From NCBI GenBank assembly GCA_016719895.1, contig JADJYG010000031.1, forward strand, positions 130,288-194,287: a stretch of 64,000 nucleotides of DNA, in the 5' to 3' direction. Under the pieces are notes generated by a model, which was not told the origin of the DNA, searched no databases, and saw nothing but the letters and a program-made list of their open reading frames with translations. The position numbers and the translations under genes are program-made. Positions 56,442 to 64,000 of the stretch are shown here, one piece after another (the first letter of the stretch is position 1; each line of letters starts with the position of its first letter). Source of the DNA: Saprospirales bacterium (lineage in GTDB: Bacteria > Bacteroidota > Bacteroidia > Chitinophagales > Saprospiraceae).

Positions 56442-57116
56442 TTAGCGAAGCGCCGCGCCTTGCACAGCGGCCCATACCTCCACCTTCCGCCCCCGAAACC
56501 CAAAATCCCCCGCCCCCAACTCCCGCCCATAAAACCCACACAACCCCACATAATACCCCACCGCCCGCCGAAAACACCGACTCTCCTCCATCTTCCTATT
56601 CTTCAACCGCGCCACATCCGCCACCCGCGCCTTAAACCGCCCCATCGCCACGCCCGGCGACAGCCGCTCCTCCGTCTTGCCCCAGCGGAAAACGATCACC
56701 GACCTCGATAAACCTTCCAAATCGCACTCCACCACAATCGAAGCCGAATCAGGGTTCTGCATCGAAACAGTACCCACAATTGGGACAGACGAGCGAACCA
56801 GCGTTTTTTTTTCAGGGCCACCGGTGGGCGCCGGCGGTTCGGGTGGCGTCGCGGCCGGATCCGGCTCGATGACAACCGGTGGCGTTACGGGCAATGAACC
56901 CGATTGGGTATCCACTGGCGGTTTGAGAATCGTTCGCTCCGGTTTAGGCGCCACAGCGGGCGCCTGTGCGGCCAGAAGTTCCTGCCGCTGCTTTTCTGCA
57001 CCTTCCAGGGCGGCCTGGAACGCGGCGCGCTGGGCTTCGCTCAGTTGCGGGTCGTTTACCCGGCGTTTGAAGGTTTTGATGTGTTCGTCCAATTCGGCGA
57101 GTGTCATATCAAACAA
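56442..57116 (-). CDS. hypothetical protein
   Basis: 224-aa ORF with a helical N-terminus, a Pro-rich linker and a C-terminal beta-like region. The 3' boundary is uncertain. Confidence 0.45.
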   Translation of the reverse strand: MFDMTLAELDEHIKTFKRRVNDPQLSEAQRAAFQAALEGAEKQRQELLAAQAPAVAPKPERTILKPPVDTQSGSLPVTPPVVIEPDPAATPPEPPAPTGGPEKKTLVRSSVPIVGTVSMQNPDSASIVVECDLEGLSRSVIVFRWGKTEERLSPGVAMGRFKARVADVARLKNRKMEESRCFRRAVGYYVGLCGFYGRELGAGDFGFRGRKVEVWAAVQGAALR

Positions 57117-58591
57117 ATTGAATAGTGGTTTCTAATTCCCGGATCAACAGATCAATCTGGGCTTTATCCCGGATGAAATTCCGGGCGGCCAGCAGGTCGT
57201 CTATCAAGGCCCGGATGAAGGTTTCGTCGATGATGAATTTGGCGCCTGGGGTTTGATTTTCAAGGCGTTTATCCGCTCCGCCGCGCTCCCCTCCCGTCAG
57301 GTCAAAAAAAAACTGGGCCTGGTGTTTGTCGGCCGTCCAAAGGCCGCTGTTCTCGAACAGCAAGCGGGCGGTTTTTAGCACCCGCAGCGATTGGCGTACC
57401 TCGTTCAGGTCGCGGTGTTTCAGGGCGAGGTAGATCGCCATTTCGTTTACGCCCTGGTTGTTGGTCACGAACTGGAATACTTCCTGGCAGAGATCGGTTT
57501 GCACCTTGGCCAGCAGGTCTTTTTTGGCCGCGTCGCGGATTTCATCCTCCGGCAGCCAGTCGTAGATTTTCGCCCGGACGGTCCACAGGGCGTTGTTCAG
57601 CCCGTTGCCGATGGTTTTGAATATCTCGATCAGCGGGCTTTCGCCGTCGGGGTGCTTCTCGTCGAACTTGAGCGCGCGGTACTGCCGCATCCCGTGGCAG
57701 ATATGCCACAGGAACATACCGGCCAGGTAGATCAGGAACATGCCGCTTTTGCGCGATTCCTTGCGCGCCTCGTAGTCGCCCAGGGCACGAGTGTTGGCCT
57801 CGCTCGCCTGGGTTTGTTGCCCGAGCAGCAGGCTGCTTTGCTGGGCGGCGATGTCGGCCAGGGCTTTTTCCTTTTCGGCCAGGTTGCTGGTTTTGGGCAG
57901 GAACTCCGCCTTTGCGTTCGCGGCGTTTTTTCTCCAGTCCGGACAGCTGCGCGTTGATTTGCCGGGTTTCCACCTGCGCCCAGTTCGCCCCTACCCCGGC
58001 GAGGCGCTTCTTGCGCGATTCCAGCCGCCGCTTCTCCTTGTTGATCTCGGCATCCACCTTCGTACCCCAGGCGGCGCGTTCGCGGTCTTCGGCGGCTTTT
58101 TCGGCGTTGCGGGCCTTTTCGGCCAGGTTCAGCACCTTGTCGTGCGGGGCGGTGTCCACCACCTTTTCTTCCGGTTTGACCGTCATCCGTTCCACGGCCT
58201 CGTGGTTGCCTTCGCGGTTGACGATAAAATCCACGGTGCAGATGCCGGCCGTCAGGCAGAGGCACAGGATGCCGATCGTGATGTCCACCCCGGCCACGCG
58301 CTGGTTTTCGAGGCTTTGTTTTTCCGCCTTGGGCAGGAAAGCCGCGGCGATCATCCGGGTGCTGAAATGCACCGACACGCCGTTGAGCCGTTGCACCACA
58401 AACGCGATGACCACAGCCACCCACAGTCCGATGCCGGGAAACTGCGGTTCCAGCATCTTTTTCATGCCGTACACGCTCCCCAGTACCACCACAAGGAAGC
58501 ACAGGGAGGAAATAAGGGGAGAAAGCAGCAGCCGGAAGCGGCTGTTGAACGCGGCCCAATCTTGTGGGTTCCGACCTGGTGTAATATCCAT
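57109..58591 (-). pseudogene. membrane/coiled-coil protein gene interrupted by a +1 frame change in an A6 tract
   Basis: The frame of 58591 reads ...QINAQLSGLEKK and then becomes R-rich nonsense. The frame of 57741 is open upstream and reads K-NAANAKAEFLPKTSNLAEKEKALADIAAQQ...SGMFLIYLAG. The switch point is the T6 run at 57926-57931 (plus strand). Confidence 0.5.
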
Positions 58592-58615
58592 GTTGCCTAC
58601 TGTTTATGTGTTCGC

Positions 58616-59173
58616 TTATTCCTGGTAAGCCGGGGTTTCCTTCATAAAGAATCTGCCGATGTGCTCATCCCCAAAATGGTACTGGTCCGTGGCGCCCTTC
58701 ACCCGGTGGATGAAAACCGGGTTTTCCAGGTGACGCCGGATAATGTCCAGTACCTCTTGTTCGGCTTTCGCAGCGGGTCGGATTTCGGCGTTAATCAGCA
58801 GCGTCGCCAGTTGACGCAGCAGGTAGCCGGGGCCTTGTCGGGTTCGGCGCAGCGTTATCCGGCGGCGCTCGCACTCCTGGCGGATGTGCTCCTCGAAGGC
58901 CGTCTTGATGTCCTCCGACACTTCCAGCAAGCCGGTCATTTCCCCGATCCCGATTTCGCTCCCCTGCCCCACCATCCCGAGCCGGCTGAGCCGGTAGGCT
59001 TTGGGCAGGAATTCCACCACGAAGCGCGTTCGTTTCGTGTGCGCTCCGGCGCGCTCCAGCGCCCGGATTTCAAATAGCCACTTTCCGGTGGTCCCGGTTC
59101 CGCGTATTTCCAGAAACCGGACTTCCGTCCCCTCGAACGTCCGGTCGGCAAAACGCCCATGTTGTTGTCCCAT
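58616..59173 (-). CDS. hypothetical protein
   Basis: 185 aa from the ATG at 59173. First gene of the leftward block, divergent from the 59483 block. Confidence 0.5.
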   Translation of the reverse strand: MGQQHGRFADRTFEGTEVRFLEIRGTGTTGKWLFEIRALERAGAHTKRTRFVVEFLPKAYRLSRLGMVGQGSEIGIGEMTGLLEVSEDIKTAFEEHIRQECERRRITLRRTRQGPGYLLRQLATLLINAEIRPAAKAEQEVLDIIRRHLENPVFIHRVKGATDQYHFGDEHIGRFFMKETPAYQE

Positions 59174-59405
59174 AGCAATGTTTAAGTGTTGTAATCTGCA
59201 AGTTTTTGAGCCTATATAATGTTGCAACAAAGTTACTTATTTAGTCGCCAAATATGCAACGAATACCGCAAATTTGTTTCTGTAAAATGAAAGATCGCAG
59301 GGGAGCCGCTTTCGGCAGGATGTTTTCAAAACTTCGAACGAAAAGCGGCAAATACTCGGAACAAATCCGGCAAACAATTTACACCGATTCGATATATCGG
59401 TTTTT

Positions 59406-59482
59406 TACCGAAACCATGCCGAGACTTTACCGAAAATCTACCGGAACCTTTCCGAAAATTTACCGAAAATATTCCGAAAAAA
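59406..59482. promoter_or_regulatory. 11-bp phased tandem repeat array (T[A/T]CCG[A/G]AAA) abutting a start codon
   Basis: Copies start at 59406, 59428, 59439, 59450, 59461 and 59472, giving spacings of 22, 11, 11, 11 and 11 bp. The ATG of the next gene is at 59483. Confidence 0.7.
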
Positions 59483-60070
59483 ATGGCTGATAACTCCCTG
59501 ATAATGAACGGCGAAACAGAGACCTCGGCAGGAGCGGATCAATTGACCACCTGGCTCAAAGACCTCGACCGGCATCGCGACGCACTACTTACCGCTATTC
59601 GGGAGGGTAGGGTAAAAGTCACCACCACAGCGCGGTTTTCCCAACTTGCCGGGCGCCTGCGCGAAAACGCCAGGGCGTATGCAGACGCGGCCTTCAAAGT
59701 GAGCGAATTGACGACCCAAAAAGTCATCCTGACCAACACCATATATTATTTACTGAAATCCTGCGAACGCATCGCCGGCCACGCGGACAAGATCGGCGAA
59801 CTGATGGCCGTGTTGCCCCTCGGCGAAGCCCTCGACGCCAAAACGATCCTGAGCATCCTGCTGGACGGCAAAAAGCGGGACACCCTGATCGACAACGGCA
59901 AACTGCTCGCCGGCGCGTTCGAGGGCAGTTGGCTGGGCAGAATCGAGGTAAACGATTTGGCGCCCATCCTGGCGGAAGCCGGCATTGACTTCACCGCTTA
60001 TGCCCACCTGGTGGAAGTGCTGAAAAAACACCTTCCGGAAGAACCTAAAACCCAACTTCCCAATGGCTAA
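59483..60070 (+). CDS. hypothetical protein
   Basis: 195-aa helical ORF. First gene of the rightward block. Confidence 0.5.
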   Translation: MADNSLIMNGETETSAGADQLTTWLKDLDRHRDALLTAIREGRVKVTTTARFSQLAGRLRENARAYADAAFKVSELTTQKVILTNTIYYLLKSCERIAGHADKIGELMAVLPLGEALDAKTILSILLDGKKRDTLIDNGKLLAGAFEGSWLGRIEVNDLAPILAEAGIDFTAYAHLVEVLKKHLPEEPKTQLPNG

Positions 60071-61010
60071 ACGCGGCGGCAAAAACTTTAAAACGACCGT
60101 CGGGGCGGCGTTGGATGAAGCGCAGGTAGAGATGCCCGTGCTCGAACAAATCCTCAACGGCATCCCGATTGCCGGCGACGATATCCTGGCCGAACTGCTC
60201 GACGCTACCTCGGATCGCACCGTGGAGCCGGCCGTCCTGGCCGTGGCTGAAATCGTGGCCGCGCCCGGCGCCGAAACGCCCGAGGCCCTGCCCGAAGACC
60301 TCGGCGAAGAAACCGGCGCCCAGCCGGAATTCATCGAGCGGGTAGAGGCCATTCGCCAAAAAGGCGCTCGCAGTTTGACGGAAGCCGAAGAAATCGCCAA
60401 ACGGGAAATGCCCCAAAATACCCCCGAGGCCCCCGCCTTGACCAATGGTAATCCCCCCGAGGAGGCATCGTCAGCCGGCAGCCCGCCGGCTGACGCGCCT
60501 CCGCTGACCGCCCTGGACTCCGAACTAAACAGCATTGCCGCCCAGGAACTGGTGGACTGGTACGACATCCTCCAATCCGTGCTGGCGGTGTGGTCTTACG
60601 ACTTTTTCAGTACGCCCAAGAAGGCCGTGCAGACGGTCGAAGAGTTGTACCCGAAAATTGCCGCCGGCAAAGCGAATCCCGGTGAAAAGGCGCTGTACGA
60701 AAAGGCGCAGGAGGCGGTACTCGGTTTCACGAAGCGCAAAACCTCCTTTGCTGAACAGGTAGCCATGAGCGAGGGATTGAAACAGCGCACGGTGCGGCTG
60801 TTGGACAAAATCCTCGAAGCGCGGCAGGTGCGTATCCCGCCGGAACTGCTGCTGGGCTTCCTGCTGCTCACGCCGCTGGTGGTGAACGGCGGTAAAATCC
60901 TGCTGGAAAAGATCGGCTTCAACAATGCGGATAGCATCCTGGATAAGTTCACCACATTCGTGAACACCCAGGAGGCCGGCTACTGGAACGACAAACAACC
61001 TTCTTCATAA
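60063..61010 (+). CDS. hypothetical protein with acidic central region
   Basis: 315-aa ORF overlapping the upstream gene by 8 nt. Confidence 0.5.
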   Translation: MAKRGGKNFKTTVGAALDEAQVEMPVLEQILNGIPIAGDDILAELLDATSDRTVEPAVLAVAEIVAAPGAETPEALPEDLGEETGAQPEFIERVEAIRQKGARSLTEAEEIAKREMPQNTPEAPALTNGNPPEEASSAGSPPADAPPLTALDSELNSIAAQELVDWYDILQSVLAVWSYDFFSTPKKAVQTVEELYPKIAAGKANPGEKALYEKAQEAVLGFTKRKTSFAEQVAMSEGLKQRTVRLLDKILEARQVRIPPELLLGFLLLTPLVVNGGKILLEKIGFNNADSILDKFTTFVNTQEAGYWNDKQPSS

Positions 61011-61065
61011 CCCCCAGGCCAAACCCCAAAAACCGGCCCCAAAAACCTTTTTTAACCCTTCGCCC

Positions 61066-61884
61066 ATGCAGTCGATATATGATGGACTGGACAACTCGAA
61101 AGACCCCAAACAACGGGACTACTGCTCCATGTGTGTATTCGGCGACCTGGGCAAGGGCAAAAGCACCTTCATCCGGCAGCAAGCCAAGTTCTATATCGAG
61201 CGCACCCGCGACAAAAAAGTGCCTCGCAAAGTGCTGATCTGCGATCCTTCGCAGGCTACCGCCTTCGACGAGTTCCCGCAGATCACGCTGACCGAACTGA
61301 AATACGGCGTGATCAATCCGCAAACGCGCAAGGCCCAGCGCTGGGATCGCGGCATCCGGGTGTTGCGCAACGTGAAATGGAAAGACCCGTCCTGGTTTCA
61401 AATCCTGAGCACCTGGTTCCGCAACGGGCTGGTCATCCTGGACGAGAGCCGCAACTACATCCCGCAAAAGAGCGAGATGCCCGAGGAACAGATCGAGTTT
61501 TTCACCATCCACCGCAACAACTGCATCGACGTGATGGTGGTGAGCCACGACTTTATGAGCATGAACCTGCTCCTTAGAAAGGCTTTCCGCATTTACATCG
61601 TGTTCCGCACCGGCGACAAGCCCAACCACGAAGCCTGGTTCACGGTCCGAACCCTGCCCGAGGAGTTGTACGCGATCTGGACCACCTTGCAACGCCTGCG
61701 CAGTCCGGCGGCGAAGATGTCGCCCTTCGTGCTGTATGACCGGGAAACCGGGCGCACCAAACTCTACGCGGATCTCGACAAACTGGAAATACTGGTGCCG
61801 GACCCGGAAAACCCGGCCCTACACCAAAGCATACCGTACCGGAAATTCAATGGAAAACAAACCTTGATTACTAAAAACAACTGA
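61066..61884 (+). CDS. Zot-like P-loop ATPase (putative)
   Basis: Walker A GDLGKGKSTF, Walker B LVILDESRNY, and IHRNNCIDVMVVSHD, which resembles the HRH.G.D motif of Zot/pI-type ATPases. No C-terminal TM segment. Confidence 0.5.
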   Translation: MQSIYDGLDNSKDPKQRDYCSMCVFGDLGKGKSTFIRQQAKFYIERTRDKKVPRKVLICDPSQATAFDEFPQITLTELKYGVINPQTRKAQRWDRGIRVLRNVKWKDPSWFQILSTWFRNGLVILDESRNYIPQKSEMPEEQIEFFTIHRNNCIDVMVVSHDFMSMNLLLRKAFRIYIVFRTGDKPNHEAWFTVRTLPEELYAIWTTLQRLRSPAAKMSPFVLYDRETGRTKLYADLDKLEILVPDPENPALHQSIPYRKFNGKQTLITKNN

Positions 61885-61886
61885 CC

Positions 61887-62513
61887 ATGACCACAGATAC
61901 TTTGCCCGAAATAACCCCGCTCACCCCACCGGCAGAGCCGCCTTCTTTCATCAGCCAGCCCGTGGAGGACTGGACCGATGACGAAGTGATCTTCTTTTAC
62001 GATCTCTACCTGGCGACCAAGGCTGTTAGTGAATTGTCGGCCCGCGAACTGCAAATCACCGTCCGCTACGGCGACATTGCCAAACAACGTCGCGAACAGG
62101 CCGAGCAAACCGGTTTCGACGCGGAAGTGGAGGCCATCCGGCGCCAGGTGTACCTCCAGGTGGAACGCTACGGCATAGCCGCTTTGCTGGAGGAATACCA
62201 TAAACGTTCGTTTCCCGAAGTGGCCCGGGGTAATGCCTCGGAAGAAGTGCGCCTGATCGTCCGCTTCGGTCAGCGCGAGATCGAGCTGCGGGCCAGCGAC
62301 CTTGCCACGGCCTTCGGCGGATTTGCCAATCCCAAAACGCGGGATTTTACCCGCGCCCTCGATTCGGTATTGGCGCTGGCCAAAGCAGCCGCCACCCAGC
62401 AGCGCAACCGCATCGAACGCTCGAAAGGCCGCAACTGGGCCGGTTACACCAAAGACCTGCGCTGGTCGGCAGTGGTGAACAAAATGCGCGCCGAAGACGG
62501 TGAAACCCTGTAA
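61887..62513 (+). CDS. hypothetical protein
   Basis: 208-aa ORF starting 2 nt after the upstream stop. Confidence 0.5.
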   Translation: MTTDTLPEITPLTPPAEPPSFISQPVEDWTDDEVIFFYDLYLATKAVSELSARELQITVRYGDIAKQRREQAEQTGFDAEVEAIRRQVYLQVERYGIAALLEEYHKRSFPEVARGNASEEVRLIVRFGQREIELRASDLATAFGGFANPKTRDFTRALDSVLALAKAAATQQRNRIERSKGRNWAGYTKDLRWSAVVNKMRAEDGETL

Positions 62514-62527
62514 ACCTCAAAAACCTT

Positions 62528-62740
62528 TTGCACATGGAAAACATACCCCGTTGGGCCATCTGGCTGGCGCTCGCCCTGATCGCTGCGGCAGCCGCTTTTA
62601 CCATCACGGCCAGCCTCCGGCGGCTCAAAAACGAACGCAAGGCCCGGCAACTGCTCGATCAGGGCAAAGTGACCGTGGCGTTGTCGCCCGGCGAAATCCA
62701 GCAGATTGTTTCCGAGATCAAAAAATCTATCCAACCATGA
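62528..62740 (+). CDS. small single-pass membrane protein
   Basis: 70 aa with TM WAIWLALALIAAAAAFTITA followed by a basic stretch. Confidence 0.5.
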   Translation: MHMENIPRWAIWLALALIAAAAAFTITASLRRLKNERKARQLLDQGKVTVALSPGEIQQIVSEIKKSIQP

Positions 62741-62982
62741 CCCTCGAACTTACCCCGCAAACCCGCCGTATCGGCTCCATCGTGGCCTCGTTGCTGCTAT
62801 TGGCTTTGCTCATCACCTGGTTTGTCCAGCAAATCCGGGCAACGGCTGCCTACGCCCGCGCCTTGAACGGCATCGCCGAAGCCGCCCGGAAAGGCGAAAA
62901 CGTGACGGTACAGGTGGCTAACTTCAATTCCAACCCCCAACTACTGACCGATGGAAAACCTAAATCTGATGCCAAGTCCTGA
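62737..62982 (+). CDS. small single-pass membrane protein
   Basis: 81 aa from the ATG at 62737, which forms an ATGA overlap with the upstream stop. TM IGSIVASLLLLALLITWFV. Confidence 0.5.
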   Translation: MTLELTPQTRRIGSIVASLLLLALLITWFVQQIRATAAYARALNGIAEAARKGENVTVQVANFNSNPQLLTDGKPKSDAKS

Positions 62983-63556
62983 TGGGGTGGGCCGGATGCC
63001 CTGGAAACCTATCGGCATCCTGTTGCTCCTCGTTTTTTCGATATTGCTGGTGTTGTACCTGTTTTCCGTGCGGGCTAACCGGAAGTTGAAACAGTGCATT
63101 GTCGGTTTGACCGGCGAAAACGAAGCCTTACAGGAATCACTCGATGCTGGTAATACGGAATTGGATGCCTTGAAGCAAAGTGCCCAAACTACAACCGATC
63201 CCGAGCCGGCCCAGCCACCGGCCGGTTTTAGAATGCCGATTCTGAATCCCGGTCTGAAATTCAATATCCAACCGGATTTCAGTCTGCTTTACCCGGCTTT
63301 CAACGCCTGGAATACCGGAGAAACGCTGCGTGTACTGGCGGTGCTGGATCATGCCGGCACCTTTGGCGATTTCCGGCAGCTATCCAATGCGGAACCCTTC
63401 CCGGCTTGGGTATTTCAACTGTTCACCGTCGGCGGCGCCCTGTTGAAGGAAAGTCACCTGCCCATCACCGACGACGGGCAACCGGATGGGAAACGTATCG
63501 TGGCTGAAATCCGAACCCTTCTGGAAGCCGGCCTCGAAGAAACCACGAATACCTAA
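62951..63556 (+). CDS. membrane-anchored coiled-coil protein
   Basis: 201-aa ORF with TM IGILLLLVFSILLVLYLF. Start uncertain (alternatives at 62969 and 62996). Confidence 0.45.
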   Translation: MENLNLMPSPDGVGRMPWKPIGILLLLVFSILLVLYLFSVRANRKLKQCIVGLTGENEALQESLDAGNTELDALKQSAQTTTDPEPAQPPAGFRMPILNPGLKFNIQPDFSLLYPAFNAWNTGETLRVLAVLDHAGTFGDFRQLSNAEPFPAWVFQLFTVGGALLKESHLPITDDGQPDGKRIVAEIRTLLEAGLEETTNT

Positions 63557-63576
63557 AACCCTAACCCCTGAACACC

Positions 63577-63879
63577 ATGCCACAACCCTGCGAAGCCGCC
63601 TGTGTAGCCAATTGGCTCAACGAAAATCCCATCCGCCTGACCGTGGCTGCCGGCCGGGTGGCCAAAAGTGACCTGGCCAATGCGCTGCACATCACCACCG
63701 CGAGCCTGCGGCATAAAATCGCCATCCTCCGGGCTTCTGACCCTGCTTTCGACGACCTATACCAGGAAAAGTCCAAACGGACGGAATTGCCGGTGGATTT
63801 GGCGGAGGTGATTGTGCGGCAGTTGTTTGATGGGAATCCGCATGTGCGCCTGGAGTTTGTGCCGGCCGCGGTGGTGTAG
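63577..63879 (+). CDS. hypothetical protein
   Basis: 100-aa ORF, co-directional. No motif recognised. Confidence 0.4.
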   Translation: MPQPCEAACVANWLNENPIRLTVAAGRVAKSDLANALHITTASLRHKIAILRASDPAFDDLYQEKSKRTELPVDLAEVIVRQLFDGNPHVRLEFVPAAVV

Positions 63880-64000
63880 AAAATTCGGATAGTTTTGTTT
63901 TCATATTACGGGGCTGCTCCGCCGGAAGGGTGGGGTGGCTAAAGATACCGCTATGGTCTTTTTATTAATGGGGGTGAATGAAACAAACCCCTACTTCTTA

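Larger units (their letters stand above)
43600..64000. mobile_element. phage/ICE-like mobile genetic element (right end beyond window, left end approximate)
   Basis: AT-rich junction at 43.35-43.96 kb. Divergent XRE repressor/cro-like pair, own dnaB, C5-MTase, nuclease, embedded defence cassette, Zot-like ATPase and many small ORFans in co-directional blocks. No integrase or capsid/tail genes seen in the window. Confidence 0.6.

Noticed and set aside
56399-56711. Proline-rich ORFs 56399..56635 and 56421..56711 on the + strand.
   Set aside because: They are low-complexity P/T/H-rich translations antisense to the 3' end of the 56442..57116 gene, with no start context.
59254-59490. 78-aa ORF covering the divergent control region.
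   Set aside because: Its sequence (…YRFFTETMPRLYRKSTGTFPKIYRKYSEKNG) is simply the translation of the 11-bp tandem repeats. The region is better explained as regulatory DNA.

Overview
This 64-kb window comes from a fairly high-GC Bacteroidota chromosome. The evidence for that placement is T9SS type-A and type-B C-terminal sorting domains, SprB-like repeats, a MurF-Alr fusion and zapA-rny synteny; finer taxonomy cannot be supported. The window falls into four zones. (1) 1-36.2 kb is mainly housekeeping: fni, hppA, murF-alr, tsaE, ald, ugd, murA, pheT, zapA and rny. It also holds three T9SS cargo genes, two of them giant (1789 aa and about 1987 aa). (2) 36.3-39.4 kb is a repeat-ridden cassette zone with a 5'-truncated mazF, an MNT/HepT toxin-antitoxin pair and a VOC/glyoxalase gene. 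These are bracketed by a conserved double-hairpin element and several perfect long palindromes. (3) 39.5-43.3 kb is a visibly GC-richer, translationally coupled two-gene operon. It encodes a SIR2-like protein with a helical adaptor tail, followed by a 904-aa nSTAND P-loop NTPase with a coiled coil, a single TM segment and a C-terminal FGE/SUMF1 domain. This is a conflict-system architecture known only from computational prediction. (4) About 43.4-64 kb is a phage/ICE-like mobile element. It has a divergent XRE repressor/cro-like switch, dnaB, a C5 DNA methyltransferase and a secreted SNase-like nuclease. It also has a low-GC three-gene ABC-3C cassette (nuclease-like effector, middle component, DUF2326 ABC ATPase) and a Zot-like ATPase followed by small TM proteins. 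No integrase or virion genes lie in the window. The strongest raw-sequence signal is the 8-mer AAATGCGG. It occurs 24 times exactly (19 forward, 5 reverse) within 46232-51274, in all three reading frames and in intergenic DNA, against about 2 copies in the preceding 43 kb. Other notable signals are a roughly 160-bp MITE-like element with 17-bp G/C-homopolymer terminal inverted repeats inserted in frame in pheT, an 11-bp helically phased repeat array abutting a start codon, and a family of long palindromes with AACCTGWCAGGTT termini. No rRNA, tRNA or CRISPR array was recognised.
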